Positions 47,236-53,373 of a stretch of DNA of 53,373 nucleotides are shown here, in pieces. Position 1 is the first letter of the stretch; every line of letters starts with the position of its first letter. The notes beneath the pieces were generated by a model. The model was not told the origin of the DNA. It ran no database searches and saw nothing but the letters and a program-made list of their open reading frames with translations. The DNA is from Clostridiales bacterium. Its GTDB lineage: Bacteria; Bacillota; Clostridia; Oscillospirales; CAG-272. Both the position numbers and the translations under genes were made by a program. The stretch is taken from assembly GCA_024693345.1 (NCBI GenBank), contig JAILLB010000012.1, forward strand, positions 1-53,373, given 5' to 3'.

Positions 47236-48042
47236 TCAAGCGTTTGAAGAACTGGTTGATGAACTTCCCTGGACTCTTGCCAGCAGCATCAGTATCTTCA
47301 ATATTACCTGCAAGAACGCAAGTATCATATCGTTGATGTACTGAATGTTGTAAAGCTTGAACAATTCTTTCATCAATTCAATTTCTTCTTCAGTAGCCAT
47401 TCTTTCTTTCTGAAGTTCGACATATGCTCTCTCTTGAGCCTTAACTTCTGTCTTATAAACCTTCAAAGACAGAATGAAAGATAAAACATAGAACAATATA
47501 CCCAATATTGAGCATACAACTGTACCGAGCCCAAGAGTCGGTTCAGCACTTGTGCTGAGCACTGCTACGTCAAGCAGAACACCGATTATCAGGAGCGGAA
47601 TGAAAGCAAATGGTCCGAATGTTATTATCGGAATGAGTCTGACTCTCTGCTTCATGTCGGGGTCATTTTCTTTGTCAAGAATAGCAAGACAAGATTTCTG
47701 AACACCCATGGCAAGAGAAGTAATACTTGTCTTCTTGTTTGTCATTCTTCTTATCCTGATTTTCTTGAAATAATGTGAATAACTGTTTCCGAACATAACT
47801 GAGCCGACAACAGATACCTTTATGTGCTGAAGGCCGTTGTGATCAAGAATCTTTCTAGCCGCATCACTTCCAGTGATACCCGCACTGTTCTGTCTTCTGT
47901 TGAATTTTACATATTTGACTGCCAGCCAAATTGAAATTACAACTGAAACTACAGCAACTATTGCGATCAATCCAATAACCACAAGGATTGCTATGTGAAG
48001 AGGATTGGAAAGATCAAAATTGTTTAATAATGTTTCAGGCAT
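47236..48042 (-). CDS. YugP-like (putative neutral zinc metallopeptidase family) membrane protein lacking the HEXXH motif
   Basis: TGSDAARKILDHNGL and E.KA..RA align by eye with the YugP family; the HEXXH position reads QKSCL. Confidence 0.7.
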   Translation of the reverse strand: MPETLLNNFDLSNPLHIAILVVIGLIAIVAVVSVVISIWLAVKYVKFNRRQNSAGITGSDAARKILDHNGLQHIKVSVVGSVMFGNSYSHYFKKIRIRRMTNKKTSITSLAMGVQKSCLAILDKENDPDMKQRVRLIPIITFGPFAFIPLLIIGVLLDVAVLSTSAEPTLGLGTVVCSILGILFYVLSFILSLKVYKTEVKAQERAYVELQKERMATEEEIELMKELFKLYNIQYINDMILAFLQVILKILMLLARVQGSSSTSSSNA

Positions 48043-48097
48043 TTTATAATCTCCTATTGTTGTGTTGATACATTATTATTTCTTTGTTTTTCCAAAT

Positions 48098-49048
48098 TTA
48101 TATTTTTGTCACGACAATCTTTCCTTTTCCTTTGATGTCAACTTTTCCATCTCCGGATGGGATAAACAATGATTCGCCTTTTGACACAGTCACTTGTTCA
48201 TCCTTGTCTTTTACATCTACACTTCCATCAACGCACATCACGTGAACAAAACTCTCGCCAGTGACATTGAGCGATTCTTTAACGTTTTTATCTAAAACCA
48301 TGACTTTGAAAAATTTGCAGTCAGCAATCACGTTGTCATAACTTGTTGATGTTATGTCATCTGGATTTACAGTCTCAATTACATTCAGAGCATCTTCTAT
48401 ATGAAGCTGTCTGAGGGAACCATCAGGCTGGCGTCTGTTATAGTCATACACCCTGTACGTAATATTGGAATCCTGCTGAATTTCCGCTATGAGAAGTCCA
48501 GAGCATATAGCATGTACTGTTCCTGACGGAATGAAATATGTCTCTCCGGGCTTAACATTCACATAGTTAACACATTCTTCAAGTGTTCCGTCCTGAATTG
48601 CTTTTTCAAGTTCACTTCTTAAATATTTCTTTTTTAATCCGTAAGCAATTTTTGCACCCGGTTCTGCTTCAACTATATACCACATCTCGGTTTTTCCAAG
48701 ATCCGTTGAATGTGCCTTAGCATATTCATCATTAGGATGGACCTGAATAGACAAATCCGCACCTGCATCAATGAGTTTGATCAACAGAGGAAATCTGTCA
48801 AATGTGTTTTTTGTTCCAATAGCTAACGGGTTTTCATTAATGAATTCGGAAAATGTTCTGCCTTTATATTTTCCGTTCACTATTTCATTGTCTCCGTCTT
48901 TTCTGCACGTCAACTGCCAGGCTTCAGCAACTTTCTCGCCATCTTCACCGATTCCGTATTCTCTGGACAGTTTATCTCCGCCCCACAGAATATGCTTTAT
49001 GACAGGTTTAAGCTTTAACAGCACAATCTGTATCCTCTTTTCTTGCAT
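48098..49048 (-). CDS. manA: Mannose-6-phosphate isomerase, class I
   Basis: LWGG, FPLLIKLIDA, LSIQVHP, KTEMWY, GTVHAI, EIQQDSNITYRVYDY. Confidence 0.92.
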   Translation of the reverse strand: MQEKRIQIVLLKLKPVIKHILWGGDKLSREYGIGEDGEKVAEAWQLTCRKDGDNEIVNGKYKGRTFSEFINENPLAIGTKNTFDRFPLLIKLIDAGADLSIQVHPNDEYAKAHSTDLGKTEMWYIVEAEPGAKIAYGLKKKYLRSELEKAIQDGTLEECVNYVNVKPGETYFIPSGTVHAICSGLLIAEIQQDSNITYRVYDYNRRQPDGSLRQLHIEDALNVIETVNPDDITSTSYDNVIADCKFFKVMVLDKNVKESLNVTGESFVHVMCVDGSVDVKDKDEQVTVSKGESLFIPSGDGKVDIKGKGKIVVTKI

Positions 49049-49157
49049 TCTATATTGAGTATTTTACCACAAAAAGACAGAAAAATGTAGTGTTTACTAC
49101 ATGGTTTTTTTGTATTATAATCTATTCGAACAAATCCAAATTACAGAGGCATTTTTC

Positions 49158-50174
49158 ATGGCAAAAGTCACAATTATCGGTGCAGGAATGATGGGATCTG
49201 CAATGAGCGTTCCCGCATCATACAATCACAACCAGATCAGAATAGTAGGAACACCTCTTGATGAAGTAATTATATCCGAATTATCCAAAACCGGTTACCA
49301 TATAACACTCAAGAGAGCTTTGCCTGAAGGCATTGAGTATTATCAGTTTAAGGACATAGACAGAGTGTTAAACGACTCAGACTGCGTTATATGCGGGGTC
49401 AGCAGCTTCGGTGTTGACTGGTTTTTGGAAAATGTTTTACCTAAGCTGGATGAGAATATTCCTGTTTTGTCCATCACAAAGGGATTGAAAACCGATGAAA
49501 GCGGTAACATGATTTCTTTCCCCGAATACTATTCAAGAAAACTGCCGGACAAACACTTCTCTTTCAACTGTGTCGGAGGCCCATGCACAAGTTACGAACT
49601 TGTTGACAAACACAACACAGAAGTCGCGTTCTGCGGCAAAAACATGAAAGACCTTGAATTCTTCAAATCGATTCTTCAAACCCCTTACTACCATATTTCA
49701 TTGACTACTGATGTAATCGGTCTGGAAACTGCCGTGGCACTGAAGAATGCATATGCTCTCGGTGTTTCGCTTGCAATAGGCATGGCCGAAAAAGATCATG
49801 GCGAAGAATCTGTTCCTGATTACAACGCACAGGCGGGACTGTTTTACCAGGCTGTCAAAGAAATGTCAAAGTTAATAGCCATGAACAGAGGAGAAAGTGA
49901 CAAAATAGCTTTCGGTGCAGGTGACCTTTATGTCACGGTTTTCGGCGGAAGAACCAGAAAAATAGGAACCCTTCTCGGAAAAGGAATAAAGTATGGCCAG
50001 GCAAAAGAAATGCTGAAAGGAATAACTCTGGAATCAATTGCAATAACAAGACTTGTCACTGAATCGCTAAAAAGGACAAATAAAAATCCGGAAGACTTCC
50101 CTTTGCTGTTCCACATTCAATCACTTATTGATGAACAGCAAAAAGATATCCCCTGGGATTCATTCACATATTAA
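49158..50174 (+). CDS. NAD(P)H-dependent glycerol-3-phosphate dehydrogenase-like protein (divergent GpsA)
   Basis: IIGAGMMG, TKG, GGP, ALKNAYA, GDLYVT, GRTR. Start at ATG 49158. Confidence 0.78.
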   Translation: MAKVTIIGAGMMGSAMSVPASYNHNQIRIVGTPLDEVIISELSKTGYHITLKRALPEGIEYYQFKDIDRVLNDSDCVICGVSSFGVDWFLENVLPKLDENIPVLSITKGLKTDESGNMISFPEYYSRKLPDKHFSFNCVGGPCTSYELVDKHNTEVAFCGKNMKDLEFFKSILQTPYYHISLTTDVIGLETAVALKNAYALGVSLAIGMAEKDHGEESVPDYNAQAGLFYQAVKEMSKLIAMNRGESDKIAFGAGDLYVTVFGGRTRKIGTLLGKGIKYGQAKEMLKGITLESIAITRLVTESLKRTNKNPEDFPLLFHIQSLIDEQQKDIPWDSFTY

Positions 50175-50180
50175 GAAAAA

Positions 50181-50209
50181 CCCGGTAGAGGCTTTTGACC
50201 AATACCGGG
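50181..50209. terminator. Stem-loop between the convergent gpsA-like gene and ppdK
   Basis: CCCGGTA...TACCGGG inverted repeat preceded by an A-run. Confidence 0.5.
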
Positions 50210-50242
50210 CATATTATTGCTATTTATCGACAAGTCAGTCGA

Positions 50243-52873
50243 TTATTTTCTCTCCTTGAGAGCAGCCTGAGCAGCAGCAAGTCTAGCTATCGGTACTCTG
50301 AATGGTGAGCATGATACATAGTCAAGACCTATCTTGTTGCAGAATTCAACAGATGTAGGATCTCCGCCGTGTTCGCCGCATATACCGACGTGGAGTTTCG
50401 GATTAACCGGTTTGCCGAGCTTAATTGTCATTTCCATGAGCTTGCCGACACCATTCTGGTCAAGTTTAGCAAACGGATCGTTTTCGAAGATCTTCTTGTC
50501 ATAGTAAGCTCCGAGGAACTTGCCTGCATCATCTCTTGAGAAACCGAATGTCATCTGTGTGAGGTCGTTTGTACCGAAGCAGAAGAAGTCTGATTCAGCA
50601 GCAATCTCGTCAGCTGTAAGAGCAGCTCTCGGGATTTCAATCATTGTACCAACCTGATACTCAATCTTTACATCAGAAGCAGCGATTTCAGCATTAGCTG
50701 TTGCAACTACGATATCCTTAACATATTTGAATTCCTTAACTTCGCTTGTAAGAGGAATCATGATTTCAGGAACCATCTTCCATTCAGGATGTTTTCTCTG
50801 AACGTTGATAGCAGCACGGATAACTGCCTTTGTCTGCATTACTGCGATTTCAGGATATGTAACTGTAAGACGGCAGCCACGGTGTCCCATCATCGGGTTT
50901 ACTTCATGCAAACCTGAGATAATGTTCTTGATAGCTTCAACGGGCTTACCCATCTTGTTAGCAAGTTCAACGATGTCAGCTTCTTCTGTAGGAACGAACT
51001 CATGAAGCGGCGGGTCGAGGAATCTGATTGTAACAGGTGTTCCTTCAAGTGCTTCGTAAATCTTTTCAAAGTCGCCCTGCTGCATAGGAAGAATCTTGTT
51101 GAGTGCTTTTTCTCTTTCTTCAACTGTGTCTGAGCAGATCATCTCACGGAAAGGTTCGATTCTGTCAGCTTCGAAGAACATGTGCTCTGTACGGCAAAGA
51201 CCGATTCCCTGAGCTCCGAGTTCACGTGCTTTCTTAGCATCTCTAGGTGTATCAGCATTTGTTCTGACTTTGAGTGTTCTGAATTCATCAGCCCAAGCCA
51301 TGATTCTGCCGAATTCGCCAGCAATCTTAGCATCAACTGTCGGAATAGCTCCGTCATAAATGTTACCAGTTGTACCATCAATTGAGATTACGTCGCCTTC
51401 AGTAAATGTTTTTCCTGCAAGAACGAATCTCTTGTTTTCTTCGTCCATCTTGATGTCTCCGCATCCGGATACACAGCACGAACCCATGCCACGTGCAACA
51501 ACTGCTGCATGGCTTGTCATACCGCCACGAACTGTGAGGATACCCTGGGCAGCCTTCATGCCTTCGATGTCTTCAGGAGATGTTTCAAGTCTTACGAGGA
51601 CAACTTTCTTTCCGTTTGCTTTCCAAGCCTTTGCATCCTCAGCTGAGAATACGATCTGACCTGAAGCTGCGCCGGGAGAAGCTCCGAGTCCCTTACCAAT
51701 CGGTGTAGCAGCCTTGAGAGCGGCAGCATCGAATGTAGGATGGAGAAGTGTGTCGAGGTTTCTAGGATCAATCATGAGAACTGCTTCTTCAGGTGTTCTC
51801 ATTCCTTCATCAACCAAATCACAAGCTATCTTAAGAGCAGCCTGAGCTGTTCTCTTTCCGTTTCTTGTCTGGAGCATGTAGAGTTTTCTGTCTTCGATTG
51901 TGAACTCCATGTCCTGCATGTCACGGTAGTGTGTTTCGAGAGTATTGCATACTTTCTTGAACTGCTCAAACACCTCGGGCATAATCTCGCCCATCTTTTC
52001 GATCTTCATAGGAGTACGGATTCCTGCAACAACATCTTCGCCCTGTGCATTCATAAGGAATTCGCCCATGAGTTTCTTTTCACCTGTAGCAGGGTCACGT
52101 GTGAAGGCAACGCCTGTACCGGATGTATCACCGAGGTTACCGAATACCATCGGCATTACGTTAACTGCTGTACCCCAGCTGTAAGGGATATCGTTATCAC
52201 GACGATATACGTTTGCACGCGGGTTGTCCCAGCTGCGGAAAACTGCCTTGATAGCTTCATCAAGCTGAACATACGGATCGCTCGGGAAGTCTGTTCCGAG
52301 TTTAGCCTTGTATTCATCTTTGAACTGTCCTGCAAGTTTTTTAAGGTCATCAGCACTGAGTTCTACGTCGTACTTGATTCCCTTTTCTTCTTTCATCTTG
52401 TCTATGAGTTGTTCAAAATACTTCTTACCAACTTCCATGACAACGTCTGAGAACATCTGAATGAATCTTCTGTAGCAGTCCCATGCCCAACGAGGATTGC
52501 CGGACTTCTTAGCCAATACTTCAACAACGTCATCGTTAAGACCAAGGTTGAGGATTGTATCCATCATACCAGGCATTGAAGCACGTGCGCCTGAACGAAC
52601 GGAAACGAGAAGCGGATTCTCTTTGTCACCGAACTTCTTGCCGTTGATTTCTTCCATCCAAGTGATGTACTGCTTGATTTCAGCCATGATTTCGGGATTG
52701 ATTTTTCTTCCGTCTTCATAGTACTTTGTGCACGCTTCTGTTGTGATTGTGAATCCCTGCGGAACAGGAAGACCGATTGTTGTCATCTCAGCTAGGTTTG
52801 CACCTTTTCCTCCGAGCAACTCACGCATGTTTGCGTTGCCTTCGGAAAACTTATAAACGTATTTTGTTGACAT
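50243..52873 (-). CDS. ppdK: Pyruvate, phosphate dikinase
   Basis: GGKGANLAEM, VSVRSGARASMPGMMDT, GGMTSHAAVVAR (phospho-His), GIGLCRTEHM, GTNDLTQ, GICGEHGGD. Confidence 0.98.
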   Translation of the reverse strand: MSTKYVYKFSEGNANMRELLGGKGANLAEMTTIGLPVPQGFTITTEACTKYYEDGRKINPEIMAEIKQYITWMEEINGKKFGDKENPLLVSVRSGARASMPGMMDTILNLGLNDDVVEVLAKKSGNPRWAWDCYRRFIQMFSDVVMEVGKKYFEQLIDKMKEEKGIKYDVELSADDLKKLAGQFKDEYKAKLGTDFPSDPYVQLDEAIKAVFRSWDNPRANVYRRDNDIPYSWGTAVNVMPMVFGNLGDTSGTGVAFTRDPATGEKKLMGEFLMNAQGEDVVAGIRTPMKIEKMGEIMPEVFEQFKKVCNTLETHYRDMQDMEFTIEDRKLYMLQTRNGKRTAQAALKIACDLVDEGMRTPEEAVLMIDPRNLDTLLHPTFDAAALKAATPIGKGLGASPGAASGQIVFSAEDAKAWKANGKKVVLVRLETSPEDIEGMKAAQGILTVRGGMTSHAAVVARGMGSCCVSGCGDIKMDEENKRFVLAGKTFTEGDVISIDGTTGNIYDGAIPTVDAKIAGEFGRIMAWADEFRTLKVRTNADTPRDAKKARELGAQGIGLCRTEHMFFEADRIEPFREMICSDTVEEREKALNKILPMQQGDFEKIYEALEGTPVTIRFLDPPLHEFVPTEEADIVELANKMGKPVEAIKNIISGLHEVNPMMGHRGCRLTVTYPEIAVMQTKAVIRAAINVQRKHPEWKMVPEIMIPLTSEVKEFKYVKDIVVATANAEIAASDVKIEYQVGTMIEIPRAALTADEIAAESDFFCFGTNDLTQMTFGFSRDDAGKFLGAYYDKKIFENDPFAKLDQNGVGKLMEMTIKLGKPVNPKLHVGICGEHGGDPTSVEFCNKIGLDYVSCSPFRVPIARLAAAQAALKERK

Positions 52874-52941
52874 TACTTTTCCTCCAAATTAATGTTTTGA
52901 ATTCGTTATTACCTTTTGCGCGTCAGCGCTTGTAATCATGA

Positions 52942-52970
52942 ATTATAGCATATCTATAGAGATATATCTA
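52942..52970 (-). promoter_or_regulatory. Putative ppdK promoter
   Basis: On the minus strand: TAGATA-N17-TATAAT with a TGn extension. Confidence 0.55.
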
Positions 52971-52978
52971 TAGTTTTT

Positions 52979-53373
52979 TCATTTTTTTGCTTTTTTTCTC
53001 AGCATGTGGAACAGGACAAAAAGACCGGTAAACAGAACTATGGATCCTGCCATTACGGCAAACATGACTTCTATTGATACCTTCGTTCCAAAAAAGTAGA
53101 TGTTGTAGTCTACACTATCGCAGATTGCTGTCATTACAGCAGGCGGAAAACCGAGGTTTTCCATTTCTGCAAATACACTGCGCATCATGTGATTTTTCAG
53201 TAAGCATGTACCATATGTTCCCGGAAGGAATGACAATACTTTCTGAAGCCCCTCACCGAAACTTGCGATAGGCATATAGGCACCGCAAATAAATCCGTAT
53301 CCTGCACTTATAATCGTTCCGACAGCCGAAGCCTGTCCGTTCGTGCTCAGGAAAAAGTTGACACATGAAGACA
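52979..53373 (-). CDS. ABC-2 type transporter permease, C-terminal part (runs off the right edge)
   Basis: Frame is open from the window end: SSCVNFFLSTNGQASAVGTIISAGYGFICGAYMPIASF...SFLPGTYG. Confidence 0.75.
   Translation of the reverse strand, partial: SSCVNFFLSTNGQASAVGTIISAGYGFICGAYMPIASFGEGLQKVLSFLPGTYGTCLLKNHMMRSVFAEMENLGFPPAVMTAICDSVDYNIYFFGTKVSIEVMFAVMAGSIVLFTGLFVLFHMLRKKAKK

Overview
A 53 kb chromosomal segment from a low-GC Firmicute (Clostridia-like, judged from sigma-A promoters, AGGAG-type RBSs and gene content). I found no transposase, integrase, phage genes or CRISPR array. Left to right it holds: (1) an amino-sugar/glycoside catabolic cluster (nagB fragment, GH-A clan hydrolase, nagA, two Gfo/Idh/MocA oxidoreductases, HpcH aldolase, TIM-barrel isomerase); (2) a self-contained 12 kb starch operon whose SusE/F-like binding protein, alpha-amylase, type I pullulanase and solute-binding protein are all predicted lipoproteins, with a maltodextrin ABC transporter and two unexplained membrane proteins; (3) an orphan BlaI regulator, nucleotidyltransferase, MATE, argGH, Trk/Ktr K+ uptake, pepT, GH29 fucosidase, a glutaminase-less GMP synthase, an XRE-TPR regulator with an MFS transporter, and pyrG with a leader terminator; (4) a translationally coupled acyltransferase / GT8 / GT8-acyltransferase fusion operon, plus a related acyltransferase 9 kb away; (5) a fucose-isomerase-like gene, a direct-repeat scar at the tmRNA 3' end, ssrA-smpB, an orphan fumarase beta subunit, DivIVA-like, PgsA-like, SGNH, FkbM, a YugP homolog lacking HEXXH, manA, gpsA-like, ppdK and a truncated ABC permease. 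The best candidates for an undescribed system are the GT8/acyltransferase (glycolipid?) operon and the lipoprotein-based Sus-like starch locus. All functional calls come from motif recognition by eye; no database searches were run.
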